The notes beneath the pieces are model-generated. The model was not told where the DNA came from. It saw only the letters and a list, made by a program, of their open reading frames with translations, and did not search any database. Shown here in pieces: positions 29,763-41,073 of a DNA stretch of 64,000 nucleotides (position 1 is the first letter of the stretch; every line of letters begins with the position of its first letter). The stretch lies in the NCBI GenBank assembly GCA_049300255.1, contig JBAQJJ010000049.1, forward strand, positions 43,920 through 107,919. The letters run 5' to 3'. Origin of the DNA: Thermoplasmata archaeon (lineage in GTDB: Archaea > Thermoplasmatota > Thermoplasmata > Lutacidiplasmatales > UBA184). The position numbers were made by a program, and so were the translations under genes.

Positions 29763-30800
29763 ATGATCTTCCCGCGCGTGGTGCTCGCGGGCCACGGGGT
29801 GCTTCAAGAACTCGGGGCCACCTGCACCCAGTTCGATTTCCCTCGCCAAGGCGCCGTGATCACCGGGCCGAAAACGGCCGGCCTCGCCGGTAACCGCGCG
29901 GCGATGATCCTGAAGGAGTCGGGATTCGAAGTGGCCACCTTCATTGCAAAGGAGTCGACGCTGGATGAGGTCAACCGGCTGGAGAAGGAGGTCCAGTCGG
30001 CGGACGCCCGCTTCCTGGTCGCCGCCGGGGGCGGAAGCAAGATCGATATCACGAAGGTGATCGCCTCGCGCCTCAAGATCCCGTTCGTCAGCGTTCCGAC
30101 CTCCGCCGCCCACGACGGCATTTCTTCGCCGCGCGCCTCACTGCGGGACCCCAATAGTACGACGAGCGTGCAGGCCGTCGTTCCGATCGGAGTCATCGCG
30201 GATACCTCGGTGATCGTTCAGGCCCCTTTCCGTCTCCTCGCCTCGGGATGTGCCGATGTCATCTCCAACACCACGGCCGTGCTGGACTGGAAGCTGGCCG
30301 CGCGGCTCCGCAACGAGGAGTACTCGAGTACGGCGGCAACGCTGTCCGAATACACCGCCCAGGAGATCATTGATCGGGCGGGTCTGATCAAGCCTAACCT
30401 CGAGGAGTCGGTGTGGATCGCGATCCGGCCGATGATCATGGCCGGGATTGCCATGAGCGTCGCCGGCTCCTCCCGCCCGTGCTCCGGCAGCGAGCACCTC
30501 TTCAGCCATGCGCTGGACCGAGGCGCAGGCCAGCCAAGCCTCCATGGGGAGCAATGCGGCGTGGGGTCGATCATGATGATGTACCTGCACGGCGGGGATT
30601 GGGGGCGACTTCGCAGTGCCCTGCGAACGATTGGCGCTCCCACGACGGCGCGCGAGCTGGGGGTCACGCCGCAGGAAGTGATTGATGCGCTGGTGGCGGC
30701 GCACCAAATCCGGCCCGAGCGGTACACCATCCTGGGGGACAACGGACTGAGCCGAGATGCCGCCGAGCGGCTCGCAACGGTAACTGGGGTGATCAACTAA
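29763..30800 (+). CDS. egsA: Glycerol-1-phosphate dehydrogenase [NAD(P)+] (archaeal lipid backbone synthesis)
   Basis: AraM/EgsA family motifs (AAGGGSKIDITK, PTSAAHDG, GSEHLFSHALD). The start is probably the Met at 29763 (MIFPRVVLAGHG). Confidence 0.85.
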   Translation: MIFPRVVLAGHGVLQELGATCTQFDFPRQGAVITGPKTAGLAGNRAAMILKESGFEVATFIAKESTLDEVNRLEKEVQSADARFLVAAGGGSKIDITKVIASRLKIPFVSVPTSAAHDGISSPRASLRDPNSTTSVQAVVPIGVIADTSVIVQAPFRLLASGCADVISNTTAVLDWKLAARLRNEEYSSTAATLSEYTAQEIIDRAGLIKPNLEESVWIAIRPMIMAGIAMSVAGSSRPCSGSEHLFSHALDRGAGQPSLHGEQCGVGSIMMMYLHGGDWGRLRSALRTIGAPTTARELGVTPQEVIDALVAAHQIRPERYTILGDNGLSRDAAERLATVTGVIN

Positions 30801-30802
30801 GC

Positions 30803-31231
30803 ATGGCCGAGATCACGCTCCTTTCCCACTCGCAAGCCCAGCCGGGCTTCGAATTCATCTATCAGGGCGGCGCACCGGTCTGTCGGACGTGTCCGTATCG
30901 GCATGCGTGCCTCACGCTGGACCCGGGGCGTCGTTACGCCGTGGTCAAGGTCCGGCCGGTGCAGCATCCCTGTGCGCTCCAGGAGACACAGGCCAATGTG
31001 GTCGAAGTACGGCCCGTCGCCCGATCCTTGGTGGTTGAAGCGCGGAGCGCAGTGATCGGCGGGTCCGTTGAGACCGGGCGCTACGCGTGTGGTCGTCTCG
31101 ATTGTCCGAACTGGTCGATCTGCGCAGGACCCTTGATGCCAGCGAAACAACGGTATCGGATCGAGAAGGTCGACGACGAACCCGCCGAATGCCGCATCGG
31201 CCGAACCCTCAAACGGGTGGACGCGATCTAG
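30803..31231 (+). CDS. Conserved archaeal Cys-rich small protein (UPF0179-like)
   Basis: 142 aa with CxxC...C and C..C..C clusters. Its stop/start is 3 bp after egsA. The family name is from memory. Confidence 0.45.
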   Translation: MAEITLLSHSQAQPGFEFIYQGGAPVCRTCPYRHACLTLDPGRRYAVVKVRPVQHPCALQETQANVVEVRPVARSLVVEARSAVIGGSVETGRYACGRLDCPNWSICAGPLMPAKQRYRIEKVDDEPAECRIGRTLKRVDAI

Positions 31232-31505
31232 CAAGCGATGCGGGGCTGTGGGGTAGCTACGGGTCGGAGGACGGTCCTCGGCTCGCTCTACTGGTCCATC
31301 CTTCGGGCTTTGGGAGCCCGGGACCCCGATTCAAATTCGGGCAGCCCCACGAGAGGTTCGCGACCATCCAGCGAGCTCTGACACCGACCCGGGCGGGCGG
31401 CCTGCCACTACCCTGGTTGAGAACGCAAGCGCACACTCCCCCGTGGCTTCCTTCCGCCCATTCGAATCCTATATGAAGTGACCCGTCGCTCACTCCCCGC
31501 TCAGT

Positions 31506-33005
31506 GTGGCGATCTCCTTGGCTCTGTCCCAGACCGAGTTCATTGTCGATCTCTTCCTCCTGCTGGCGGGATCGCTGTTTGCCGGCGAACTCGCGAGCCG
31601 GTTGGGCCAACCGGCATTGGTCGGACAATTGCTGGTGGGCGTGCTTCTCGGACCAACAATCCTCGGGCAATACCTCGGGCTTTCGACGCTCCCGCCGGAA
31701 TTCTCTTCCCTCCAGTTTCTCGCGACCGTCTTCATCCTGTTCCTCGCCGGTCTTGAAACCGCGCCCGAGGAAATCCTTCGGATGGGTGCGCTCACGGCCC
31801 TATTGGGCATCGCGATTTTCGTGATCCCATTTACCGGCTTATTCTTGGTCATCACCTTGCTCCTCCCGGGAGTATCGATTCTCAAAGCTCTGTTCATCGC
31901 GCTGACGCTCTCCATCACGGCGCTTCCGGTCATGGGGATCATGCTGGCCCAGTTCGGTCTCTTGCACAAACCCATCGGGAAGTTTCTGATGAACGCGGCA
32001 CTCATCAACGAGTTGACCGCCGTCACCGTCTTCGCGGTCCTGCTCGAACTCTTCCTCGGCAAGGGGACGGGATACACCGCCGTTGGATTGGCGTTGGTGG
32101 ACCTGTTCGTTTTCCTGGGCGTCATGGTCGGGATCTACCTCGGGATCCGGCTTCTTCAGCGGACCCCGATATGGGGAGAAGTTCGGGATCGGTTCGCTCG
32201 AGATTGGCGGTCAAAGGGAGTCGGCTTTGCTCTCCTCATGGTATTGTTGGTGGGGGCATCGCTCTTTTCGCAATTCCTGGGGCTTACCTTCGTCGTGGGG
32301 GCCTTCTACGCGGGCCTTCTCGTGACGCGCGATACGGCCGGAGCCTCCGCGCACCGGTCGATTAGTACCGTTTTCGACACCATAAGTTGGGGCTTCTTCA
32401 TTCCACTTTTCTTCGCCTTCGTGGGCCTGCAGATGAACCTCCGATTGGTTGGGACGCCGGATCTGATCCTTGTCTTTGGCGTCCTCCTCGTCGTAGCCGT
32501 AGTCCTGAAGGTTCTCGTAGGGGACCTCGCAGGACGGCTTCGCGGATGGGGCGCCGCCGATGCTCGAGCCATCGGCTTCCTCGTCTCCAGCCGTGGCGCG
32601 GTCGAGCTCGCCATGGCGCTGATCCTCTTGCAAGACGGGGTCTTCGATGTTCAGCTCTTTACGATCGTAGCCGGCGTCGGACTCCTGACAACCATGATCG
32701 CCCCGATCGGAGCCCTCCGGGCGTGGCAGTCGACCCTGGAATCCCGAACGGAACTCCTTCAGCGGGTCCCCAGCCTTCAGGGCGTTCGCGGACGAGCATG
32801 GATCCGGACGCCCGCTTTGGCCTTTGGGGACGTTCGAGATTTCCATTCCGATCCTTCGGCTTCCACCTCCGGACGCACGCCGCCGGCCACGCGTTCCACA
32901 CCCGATTCGGGTGAAGGTACGGTCAAATCGGACCCGCTCGCACTTCCGGACAATCCGGCTCGCCCGCCGTTACCCGCTGTCAAGAGAAAGCCGCCCGCCG
33001 ACTAG
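31506..33005 (+). CDS. Monovalent cation:proton antiporter (CPA2/Kef-NapA type)
   Basis: 499 aa, about 12 TM helices, Na+/H+-exchanger-like Gly/Leu-rich helices; C-terminal low-complexity tail. Confidence 0.8.
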   Translation: MAISLALSQTEFIVDLFLLLAGSLFAGELASRLGQPALVGQLLVGVLLGPTILGQYLGLSTLPPEFSSLQFLATVFILFLAGLETAPEEILRMGALTALLGIAIFVIPFTGLFLVITLLLPGVSILKALFIALTLSITALPVMGIMLAQFGLLHKPIGKFLMNAALINELTAVTVFAVLLELFLGKGTGYTAVGLALVDLFVFLGVMVGIYLGIRLLQRTPIWGEVRDRFARDWRSKGVGFALLMVLLVGASLFSQFLGLTFVVGAFYAGLLVTRDTAGASAHRSISTVFDTISWGFFIPLFFAFVGLQMNLRLVGTPDLILVFGVLLVVAVVLKVLVGDLAGRLRGWGAADARAIGFLVSSRGAVELAMALILLQDGVFDVQLFTIVAGVGLLTTMIAPIGALRAWQSTLESRTELLQRVPSLQGVRGRAWIRTPALAFGDVRDFHSDPSASTSGRTPPATRSTPDSGEGTVKSDPLALPDNPARPPLPAVKRKPPAD

Positions 33006-33114
33006 GCGACGGAGAATCCCTTCGGCCCCCCCCGTCTACATGACCCAGAGCTCTACTTCGGTGCACTCAATCCAGTGATTTTCCAACCCTGATTTCTGTG
33101 CCAAGGAGCGCCCG

Positions 33115-33522
33115 ATGTCCAATCTTCTTGGTCAAATTTTGGACCGAAATATATCCGTGCATTGGAAGTTCGCGCGTTCGAGGAGACCGATGCCCGCGTT
33201 ATCCGTGACCTGTCACTCGTGTGCCCGGGAATTCCTGAGCGATGTGCCTCTCGATGGGCAGGGAGCCGGTCGCCCCGTTTCCGAGGGCCATGTGTTAGAA
33301 TGTCCACATTGCGGTATCCGGGACCCATACTTTTCTTCTGATTATCACGGGCCAGTTGTGGACGACCGTGACGACGATCAGGTCCCGAAGCGCGGATGGA
33401 GAGAGAGTCTCAGTACCCATCTTGCAGGGGTTTGGTGGCCCATGCTGGTGGTCCTCCTCCTGGTCACATCACTCGTGCTCGGGCACATGATCCACGACCG
33501 GTCAATCGTCATCGGACGTTGA
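33115..33522 (+). CDS. Zinc-ribbon protein with C-terminal TM helix (hypothetical)
   Basis: CHSC ... CPHCG Cys pairs followed by a hydrophobic helix WWPMLVVLLLVTSLVLG. Confidence 0.35.
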   Translation: MSNLLGQILDRNISVHWKFARSRRPMPALSVTCHSCAREFLSDVPLDGQGAGRPVSEGHVLECPHCGIRDPYFSSDYHGPVVDDRDDDQVPKRGWRESLSTHLAGVWWPMLVVLLLVTSLVLGHMIHDRSIVIGR

Positions 33523-33831
33523 AGAATATTCGGCGGATCCGTCGGGCGAACGAGGGGCTTGGAGGAGCCGGCCCCGGTCTTCTGCTTCCACGCTGGAAGG
33601 CAAGCCTGATGGATCCCACTCCGGATCGTGGGTATCCTCTCGATCCCGCAAGTCATTTTGGCCGTCCGGGCCGTGGCTTCCTTCATCGGAGCCACCCTCG
33701 TGTGCGGATTGTAACGCCAACCCAGGGTTGCCCGAACGATGCCGCGCGGAGGACGCACGGGACTCGGTCGCCGAGCCGGACTCGCCTCGGGGAGTTATAT
33801 CCCCCCATTGTTCCCCGGCGCCACGAGCGAA

Positions 33832-34536
33832 ATGAAACAGAAAGTTCCCCCTCGTCCCCGACGAATCCTCATCCTCGATATCGGAGGAACCCATGTGCGG
33901 GTGGCCCTTACCTCCCCTATGCGCACCCTACGTATCTCGTCCGGGCCCACGATGGACCCGCAGACCATGTTGCGGAAGATCAAGAAGTGGCTGAAGGGGG
34001 AGCGGTACGATGCCGTTTCAGTGGGATATCCGGGGGTCGTGCTCCGTGGTCGGATCGTCCACGACCCGGCAAATCTGGGTAAGGGCTGGGTCGGTTTTGA
34101 CTTTCGAAAGGCGTTCGGACGCCCGACCCAGATCGTCAATGATGCTGCGATGCAGGCGCTGGGGAGCTACGAGGGCGGGAAGATGCTGTTCCTTGGGCTG
34201 GGCACTGGATTGGGGACTGCGATGATCCTCGATGGAGAGATCGAGCCGATGGAGCTGGGCCACCTCCCGTACAAGAAGGGAAAGTCGTACGAGGATTTCG
34301 TCGGAGAGCGGGGTCGTCGCGCTCTGGGCCGCAAGAAGTGGTCGAAGGAAGTCTTCGAAGTGGTGAAGAGACTCTCGGACGCCCTCGAGCCGGATTATGT
34401 GGTCTTGGGCGGTGGAAATGTACGTAAGCTCAAGGTTCTGCCTCCCGGCGCCCGCCGAGGAGATAATCGCAAGGCCCTCGTCGGAGGGGCGCGCCTCTGG
34501 ACCCGCGCCGGGGTCCGTGGGATGAAAAGGACGTAG
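33832..34536 (+). CDS. ROK-family glucokinase (polyphosphate/ATP glucokinase-like)
   Basis: ILILDIGGTHVRVAL ATP-binding motif, ROK-like core. I chose the internal Met start (MKQKVPP...). Confidence 0.75.
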   Translation: MKQKVPPRPRRILILDIGGTHVRVALTSPMRTLRISSGPTMDPQTMLRKIKKWLKGERYDAVSVGYPGVVLRGRIVHDPANLGKGWVGFDFRKAFGRPTQIVNDAAMQALGSYEGGKMLFLGLGTGLGTAMILDGEIEPMELGHLPYKKGKSYEDFVGERGRRALGRKKWSKEVFEVVKRLSDALEPDYVVLGGGNVRKLKVLPPGARRGDNRKALVGGARLWTRAGVRGMKRT

Positions 34537-34557
34537 CCACGAGGCTTTGCCACACAC

Positions 34558-35346
34558 CTAGGTGGGTCGCGAGGATGCGGCGGTCGTAACCGCCGTCGGA
34601 AGTGCCGCGGCTGCCTCTCGATCGAGAAACCAGTGCGTGGGTCCCGCACTTCGTACGAGGCTCGCGGGCAGTTCATGGGTTCCGCGGGGAAAGGACCGGA
34701 AGATAGCCTCCACCGCCTTCTCCTTGTCCCTCCCCGACACGAGGAAACACACCTCCCTGGAGGACGCGAGCGCGGGAAGGGTCAGCGTGAGTCGGGGTAG
34801 AAACGGGGGCTGTCCGGCACGCCGAATCGCGACGACCGTTTGGCGCTTCTCGCGCAAGGCCCGCCCTCGAGGAAAGAGAGAAGCCGTGTGACCGTCGGGG
34901 CCAATGCCGAGCAGCACGACATCGAACCGGGGCGGCGCACGGCTGTCCAGTCGAATTGGCCCGAGCGCACGAGCATAATCACGCGCCGCTGCCGAGGGAG
35001 GACGGACCTCCCCGCGCATCCGATGCACGCGTCGGCGCGGCACGGACACGTGAGAGAGGAGTGATTCCCACACGGTGCGGTAGTTGCTCGCCGCGGCGCG
35101 GGGGCCGACACACCGTTCGTCGCCAAAGAACACCTCGGTGTCCTTCCAGGGAAAGCGCATCCGGTACTCCCGCGCGAGGAGCTCATACAGGCCTTGGGGA
35201 GTGTGCCCGCCGGCAACCACCCAGGAGAACACGCCTCGCACCCGAACAGATTCCCTCGCCTTGAGGTTCAGATGTCGTGCCAAAGCCGAGGTGGCCGAGG
35301 GGAGCGTAGGGTGAATGTGCAGGACGCGCGCTACGGCGGGCTCCAC
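34558..35346 (-). CDS. pgl: 6-phosphogluconolactonase
   Basis: SWVVAGGHTPQGLYELLA, GDERCV, LLGIGPDGHTASLFP motifs. The GTG at 35346 gives about 260 aa and a 16-bp overlap with the zwf stop; the ATG at 35457 is the alternative. Confidence 0.8.
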   Translation of the reverse strand: MEPAVARVLHIHPTLPSATSALARHLNLKARESVRVRGVFSWVVAGGHTPQGLYELLAREYRMRFPWKDTEVFFGDERCVGPRAAASNYRTVWESLLSHVSVPRRRVHRMRGEVRPPSAAARDYARALGPIRLDSRAPPRFDVVLLGIGPDGHTASLFPRGRALREKRQTVVAIRRAGQPPFLPRLTLTLPALASSREVCFLVSGRDKEKAVEAIFRSFPRGTHELPASLVRSAGPTHWFLDREAAAALPTAVTTAASSRPT

Positions 35347-36788
35347 TGGTGTCCCCACTGCTGGACGAGCGCCTGCGCCTCGGGCGGCCCCCAGGTATTT
35401 GCCGGATAGAAGACGATCGGAGGGGGATGTTCTAGCAGCGGAGCGTACATTCGCCACGACTCCTCGACCTCGTCCGCTCGAACGAACAACGTGGGGTCGC
35501 CCAGTATCACATCGATCAGGAGCGTCTCGTATCCGTCCGGGAGTTCTCCGAAGACATCGGCGTAGTGGAATTTCATACGGTTGGTCTGCACGCGGATCTC
35601 CCGCCCCGGTACCTTGATCTCGAAGGCGAGCTCGAAGCCCTCGTCCGGTTGGATCAGGATCGAGATCCGATCCGGGTTCGCGTCATACTCCCCTTCCGCT
35701 TGAAAGAACGAGACGGGTGGTGCTTTGAACGTCAGCACGACCCGGGTGGACTTGGCCGGAAGGCGCTTGCCCGTTCGTACAAAGAATGGGACGCCCTGCC
35801 ACCGCCAGTTGTCGACCTTGAGGCGAAGGGCGATGAACGTCTCGGTCTCGGAAGTGGAGGAAACGCCCGGCTCGTCGCGGTACGCCTTCACCAACTGTCC
35901 GTCCACGGTGCCCGCGACGTACTGCCCCCGAACGACGTCCTTCGCCCGTAACGGGACCACGCTTTCGAGCACCTTGACCTTCTCGTTCCGTATCGCTTCC
36001 TCATCTTTCGTGGCGGGGGGCTCCATCGCGATCAACGAGAGGAGCTGCGTCACATGGTTCTGCACCATGTCGCGCAGTGCCCCCGACCCGTCGTAGTACT
36101 GGGCCCGACCTTCGAGACCGAGCCGCTCGGCGACGGTGATCTCCACTTTCTCCACCTGGGCGCGATTCCAGACCGACTCCACGAACATGTTGGCGAACCG
36201 GAAGACCATCAGGTTCTGGACCGTCTCCTTGCCTAGATAGTGGTCGATCCGAAAGATCTGCGACTCTTGGAAATTCTTCAGTAGGAGTTGATTGAGCGCT
36301 TGGGCCGATGCCAAGTCGCGTCCAAACGGCTTCTCCACCACCACTCGGGTCCACCCCGGACTCGTGTGGAGACCGGCGTGGCCGATCCCTTCGAGCGTAG
36401 GGGTGAATGCCTCGAGAGGGAGCGCGAGGTAGAAGATCCGGTTGCCCGGGAGTCCATGGGCTTCCTCGGACGCTTCGATGCGCGTGCGAAGGTCGTCGTA
36501 CCCGGTCGGTGACTCGTCGTCCAGTTTGTGATACAAGAGCGTCGAGGCGCAGAACTGTTGGATCTCCGCATCGCTCCCCAATTTCTCGGCCCTCAGGGAT
36601 TGCATGGCCATGGCGCGGAACGTAGCGTCGTCCATCGGACGCCGCGCGATTCCGAGCACGATACTCCCGGCCGGGAACGCCCCCTTCGCCGCGAGACGAA
36701 AGAGCACGGGCATCAGCTTGCGCTGAAACAAATCCCCGGTCGCCCCGAACACGGCCATAAGGTGCTTCGCCGGTACGGGGTTTTCCAT
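35331..36788 (-). CDS. zwf: Glucose-6-phosphate 1-dehydrogenase
   Basis: MAVFGATGDL NAD(P)-binding motif and the G6PD active-site region (RIDHYLGKE). I placed the start at MENPVPAK, which has a GGGAGAG Shine-Dalgarno-like element 8 nt upstream. Confidence 0.9.
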   Translation of the reverse strand: MENPVPAKHLMAVFGATGDLFQRKLMPVLFRLAAKGAFPAGSIVLGIARRPMDDATFRAMAMQSLRAEKLGSDAEIQQFCASTLLYHKLDDESPTGYDDLRTRIEASEEAHGLPGNRIFYLALPLEAFTPTLEGIGHAGLHTSPGWTRVVVEKPFGRDLASAQALNQLLLKNFQESQIFRIDHYLGKETVQNLMVFRFANMFVESVWNRAQVEKVEITVAERLGLEGRAQYYDGSGALRDMVQNHVTQLLSLIAMEPPATKDEEAIRNEKVKVLESVVPLRAKDVVRGQYVAGTVDGQLVKAYRDEPGVSSTSETETFIALRLKVDNWRWQGVPFFVRTGKRLPAKSTRVVLTFKAPPVSFFQAEGEYDANPDRISILIQPDEGFELAFEIKVPGREIRVQTNRMKFHYADVFGELPDGYETLLIDVILGDPTLFVRADEVEESWRMYAPLLEHPPPIVFYPANTWGPPEAQALVQQWGHQWSPP

Positions 36789-36790
36789 GC

Positions 36791-37699
36791 TCAGCTCTCC
36801 CGCTTGACTTCGTGCCCGCCGAACTTGTTCCGCATCATCGCGAGGAGGCGCTCGGTGAACGGATCCTGCTCCCGCGAGCGTAACCGCTGTTGCAACGACA
36901 ACGTGATCACGGGAGCCGGAATGTTGAGGTCCATCGCCTCGGTAACGGTCCAGCGCCCTTCTCCAGAGTCCGCGACCCAGGGTTCGATACCCGCGAGCGT
37001 TGGGTTCTCCGCCAGAGCGGATTCGGTCAATTCCAGCAACCAGGAACGGATCACGCTCCCGTAGCGCCACACCTGGGCGACTTGGTGAAGATCGAGCGCG
37101 AAATCGGTCTTCCCCTGGATGACGGCGAAGCCTTCCGCGTAGGCTTGCATCATGCCGTACTCGATCCCATTGTGTACCATTTTCACAAAGTGTCCGGAGC
37201 CGACGGCTCCCATGTGACCCCAACCTTTCTGCGGGCCGGGCGCCAACGTCTCCAGGATGGGTCGGATCCGCTCGACATCCGCCTTCTCTCCGCCGACCAT
37301 CATCGAGTACCCCTCGGCGAGCCCCCAGATCCCACCGCTCGTACCGACATCGACGTAGCGGAACCCCCAGCCCTTCACGAGCGCCGCTCGCCGCAACGTA
37401 TCGCGATAGTAGGAGTTCCCTCCGTCCACGATCATGTCACCGGGCGCGAGCAGCGCGTGGAGCTCTTCCAGGGTTTGGTCGACCGGGGCCCCGGACGGAA
37501 TCATGAGCCAGACGATCCGGGGAACCGCCAACTGACGGACCAGCTCGGCCAGCGAATAGGCGCCGACCGCACCCTGCGCCACCACGGCATCGACGGTCGC
37601 CCTCGTCCGAGCGAATCCGACGACTCGGTGGCCCCCCTTGACCAGACGCTCCGTCATGTTCGCTCCCATCTTTCCCAATCCGACCATTCCTAGTTCCAT
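36791..37699 (-). CDS. gnd: 6-phosphogluconate dehydrogenase (decarboxylating), short Gnd-like form
   Basis: MVGLGKMGANM N-terminal Rossmann motif, 302 aa, typical of the about 300-aa gnd subfamily. Its stop is 3 bp after the zwf start. Confidence 0.85.
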   Translation of the reverse strand: MELGMVGLGKMGANMTERLVKGGHRVVGFARTRATVDAVVAQGAVGAYSLAELVRQLAVPRIVWLMIPSGAPVDQTLEELHALLAPGDMIVDGGNSYYRDTLRRAALVKGWGFRYVDVGTSGGIWGLAEGYSMMVGGEKADVERIRPILETLAPGPQKGWGHMGAVGSGHFVKMVHNGIEYGMMQAYAEGFAVIQGKTDFALDLHQVAQVWRYGSVIRSWLLELTESALAENPTLAGIEPWVADSGEGRWTVTEAMDLNIPAPVITLSLQQRLRSREQDPFTERLLAMMRNKFGGHEVKRES

Positions 37700-37709
37700 G
37701 GTTCTTCTC

Positions 37710-38324
37710 CTACCCTGACGCGATGCCGGCGAGCGCTAACTCTTCCCCCAAGTGCTCGGGGTCTCGTACCTGTAAGGTATGGAGGCCCAGTCGAGCCGCC
37801 GCGGCAATATTCTCGGGCCGATCGTCGAGAAAGAGGGTCTCTTCAGGCGTGCGTTGAGTGAGCGTCAGCGCGTTTTGGAAGGCCGCCGGTTCCGGCTTCC
37901 GCCAGCCGGTGTAGCACGAGCTGAAAAAGACGTGGAAGACTTCCTTCAACCCGAACGCCTGGATCCGATATTCGTTGAGCATCCGGGATTCGTTGTTCAA
38001 TGCCGCCATGACATACCTACCTTCACCTCGGACTGCTCGAGCTGCCGCCAGCGCGGCGACGTTGCGACGGGAGCGGTCCCGCATGAACTGGAGATAGGTT
38101 TCCGGGGAAAACGACCGGGGCGCGTAGAAGACCGTAGCCTCAAGATAGCCGGGGACGTCAAGCCGTCCGGTCTCGAACGCGGCGTCCACGAGCTGATGGC
38201 GCCGTTCCAATTCGTTCGGGTCCAATTCGAAATGGGCAGCGGCCGCGGCCCGCGCCCTGTGGTCCCAGCCATTCGACAGCAACACACCTCCGACGTCCCA
38301 GAGCAACAGGGAGACGTTAGCCAT
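37710..38324 (-). CDS. HAD-superfamily hydrolase/phosphatase
   Basis: Motif I region LLWDVGGVL and motif IV FLDDRPENI; embedded in the pentose-phosphate operon. Confidence 0.65.
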   Translation of the reverse strand: MANVSLLLWDVGGVLLSNGWDHRARAAAAAHFELDPNELERRHQLVDAAFETGRLDVPGYLEATVFYAPRSFSPETYLQFMRDRSRRNVAALAAARAVRGEGRYVMAALNNESRMLNEYRIQAFGLKEVFHVFFSSCYTGWRKPEPAAFQNALTLTQRTPEETLFLDDRPENIAAAARLGLHTLQVRDPEHLGEELALAGIASG

Positions 38325-41073
38325 GGAGCGCCTCCTGGAGTATCTGGAGGCCGCCCGCAACATCTGCGCCCAAGTCGATCCGAAGGACGCGACGGTGCTT
38401 CTGCTGGAGGGCCTGGTAGTCGCCCACCGACTGAGAACGGATCAAGTCTCCAAAGGAGTAGTTGGCGCCGGGGACGGGGATGTCCTGGGTCGGAGTGTCG
38501 ACGAGCTGGAGAAACAAGCCGGTGTTCGGGCCGCCCTTGTGCAGCTGCCCGGTGGAGTGGAGGAAGCGCGGCCCGTACCCGAAAGTGGTGGCAACGTGGA
38601 GTCGCTCCAGGAGCCCCCGGCGCAGCGTCTCGAGCGCGTTCGAAGTGGCCGGGCGGGGCGCGAGATACGCTTGGATCCCCACGTAGTCCCCGGGTCGGCA
38701 CGTACTAATCCACCGCCGGAACTCCGCCACCAGCACGCCGCGATCGGCGCTCGGCACGGTGACGATACCGGACGCTCCGGAGGACCCACTGGGCGGGGCC
38801 ATTACTTTGCGGGCGAGCTCCTTTGCGAGCTCTACGTCCGGCTGGTCGTAGGGGTCAATGCCGAGGATCATTCCCGCACTGGCCACCGCCACCTCCCATC
38901 GGAAGAACTCCTCGCCGACTGCGAGTGGGTCGGACACCCGGACCCGAACGACAGGAAAACCCGCCGTCTCGAGTCGGGACGTGTGGGCCCGCAGCGCGGT
39001 GTCCGGCGCCGTACCGACCTGGATCTCGACGAACAGACGATCCGAGCCGTACTGCTCGACCGAGACCGGGGGTTCGTCGACGACGGGGACGATGCCCTTG
39101 CCTATCTTGCCAGTACTTTCTGCCACCAATTGCTCGACCCAGATCGGAAACGGAGCGAACCCTGCCGCTGCGTAGAAGGTCAACTTGTCCCGACCGCCCG
39201 CGCCCAGTTCTCCAAGGACCGCCCCCAAGGAGAGTCCGGGGTTCTCGTCGACCCGGAGCGATGGCGCGCAAGCTTCCGCCATCGTCCAGGCGCGGTCAAG
39301 CAAAGCGCGGACATCCAGACCGATGAGAGCAGCGGGGACGAGTCCGAACATCGTGAGCGCCGAATACCGGCCCCCTACGGTCGGGAGCGCTAGGAATACC
39401 TCACGGAATCCTTCGCCCCGGGCCAGCTTCTCTAGGGAGGTACCCGGATCGGTGATCGCCGCAAAGCATCGGCCCGGCGGAACCCCGCTCACCCGAAGCT
39501 GCTCCCAAAAGTAACGATAGAAGGAGAGGGGCTCGAGGGTCGTGCCCGATTTGCTCGAGACGAGGAAGAAAGTGTGCGCGGGATCGATCCGGGCGCGCAC
39601 GGCGGCGATCGCATCGGGGTGAGTGCTGTCGAGCACGAGCAGCTCCGGATACCCGGGTCGGTGCCCGAAGAGGCCCCCTAACACGTCCGGGGCGAGGCTC
39701 GAACCGCCCATGCCGAGTACGATGACATGACGAAATCCCTCGGAACGGATCTGATTCGCAAAATGCTCGAGACGGGCCACCTGCTCGTGCATCATCTCTG
39801 GGAGCTGGAGCCAGCCCATTCGCTCTGCCACGTCCGTAGGCGGCGCGGCGGGCCACAGCGTCGCGTCGCGCTTCCAAAATCGCTCCGCGACCCTCTCGCT
39901 CTGCCAGCTCAGCAAGCGAGCCGCGACTCGGGCGCCGTCGCTCCCCAGGGTCCAGGACTGGGGGTCCACCCGACCGACCAAGATCGCCTCCTTCTTGGTC
40001 GCCAGCGAACGGAGGAGGAGCGCGTAGGAATCCGAGAACAGCGCGACGCCCTCCGTTTGCAGATCCTCGGTGATTTGATCGAGGTTGATCCCCACACTCG
40101 CGGCCCGTTGGAGCAGCTGCCGCGCGTCGGAGATCCCCTCCCCGAGCGTGTCTCCGCGTACCACTCCGTGGTCTTCGAATGCTGTGATAGTGGCCGGTGG
40201 GATCGTATCCACGGTCTCGGGTCCGATCAGCTCCTCGACGTAGAGGGTGTCCCGGAAATGTGGGTCCTTGGTGCTGGTGCTCGCCCAGAGGACCCGCTGC
40301 GGCCGCGCCCCTCTCGCGCTCCACGGCGTGAACGACGCCCCGTGGAAGATTTCCTGAAATCGCGCATAGATCACCCGTGCGTTGGCGAGCGCGATCTTGC
40401 CCTTCAATACGGACGCATCGGGGGCGCTAGAGGCCTCGAGCGCTCGATCGACGGCCGTATCGATCCGACTCACGAAGACGGAGGCGACGGAGGCGACGCG
40501 CGTTGGGTTGTTAGCACGCTCTATCCCGCGTAGATAGGCTTGCGCGACGGCTTCGTATTGGGGAAGGGAGAACAGGAGCGTGATGTTGACGTTGATTCCT
40601 TCGGCCAGCAGCGCCTCGATCGCCGGTACCCCTTCCTTCGTTCCGGGAACTTTGATGAGAATGTTCGGTCGGTCGACCTTCGCCCACAAGCGCTGGGCCT
40701 CCGAAATCGTACCGGCGGTATCGTGAGCAAGGCCGGGGGCGACTTCCAGACTGACGAACCCGTCCTGTCCCCGCGTACGGTCGAAGACGGAGCGCAACAC
40801 ATCGGCCGCCAAGCGCACGTCTTCCACGGCCAAGCGCTCGTAGAGCTCCGCGGGGCCGAGGTGAGGATCCTGGGCCAGGATCTCTTGGAGCGAAGCGTCG
40901 TAATCGTGACTCCCGGCGATGGCCTTCTCGAAGATAGTGGGATTGATCGTAACTCCCGTAATCCCGTCCTTCTCGACCATCCGTTTCAGTTCGCCGCTGG
41001 TGAGAAGGCTTCGGCGAATGTAGTCGAGCCAAGGCGATTGACCCTGAGCCAGCAAGGCGGCCAGGCCGGTCAT
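38317..41073 (-). CDS. Bifunctional transaldolase / glucose-6-phosphate isomerase fusion
   Basis: 918 aa. The N-terminal about 350 aa are transaldolase ([23 protein letters not shown]). The C-terminal about 550 aa are a PGI (sugar isomerase SIS-type motifs [13 protein letters not shown]). Confidence 0.85.
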   Translation of the reverse strand: MTGLAALLAQGQSPWLDYIRRSLLTSGELKRMVEKDGITGVTINPTIFEKAIAGSHDYDASLQEILAQDPHLGPAELYERLAVEDVRLAADVLRSVFDRTRGQDGFVSLEVAPGLAHDTAGTISEAQRLWAKVDRPNILIKVPGTKEGVPAIEALLAEGINVNITLLFSLPQYEAVAQAYLRGIERANNPTRVASVASVFVSRIDTAVDRALEASSAPDASVLKGKIALANARVIYARFQEIFHGASFTPWSARGARPQRVLWASTSTKDPHFRDTLYVEELIGPETVDTIPPATITAFEDHGVVRGDTLGEGISDARQLLQRAASVGINLDQITEDLQTEGVALFSDSYALLLRSLATKKEAILVGRVDPQSWTLGSDGARVAARLLSWQSERVAERFWKRDATLWPAAPPTDVAERMGWLQLPEMMHEQVARLEHFANQIRSEGFRHVIVLGMGGSSLAPDVLGGLFGHRPGYPELLVLDSTHPDAIAAVRARIDPAHTFFLVSSKSGTTLEPLSFYRYFWEQLRVSGVPPGRCFAAITDPGTSLEKLARGEGFREVFLALPTVGGRYSALTMFGLVPAALIGLDVRALLDRAWTMAEACAPSLRVDENPGLSLGAVLGELGAGGRDKLTFYAAAGFAPFPIWVEQLVAESTGKIGKGIVPVVDEPPVSVEQYGSDRLFVEIQVGTAPDTALRAHTSRLETAGFPVVRVRVSDPLAVGEEFFRWEVAVASAGMILGIDPYDQPDVELAKELARKVMAPPSGSSGASGIVTVPSADRGVLVAEFRRWISTCRPGDYVGIQAYLAPRPATSNALETLRRGLLERLHVATTFGYGPRFLHSTGQLHKGGPNTGLFLQLVDTPTQDIPVPGANYSFGDLIRSQSVGDYQALQQKHRRVLRIDLGADVAGGLQILQEALHG

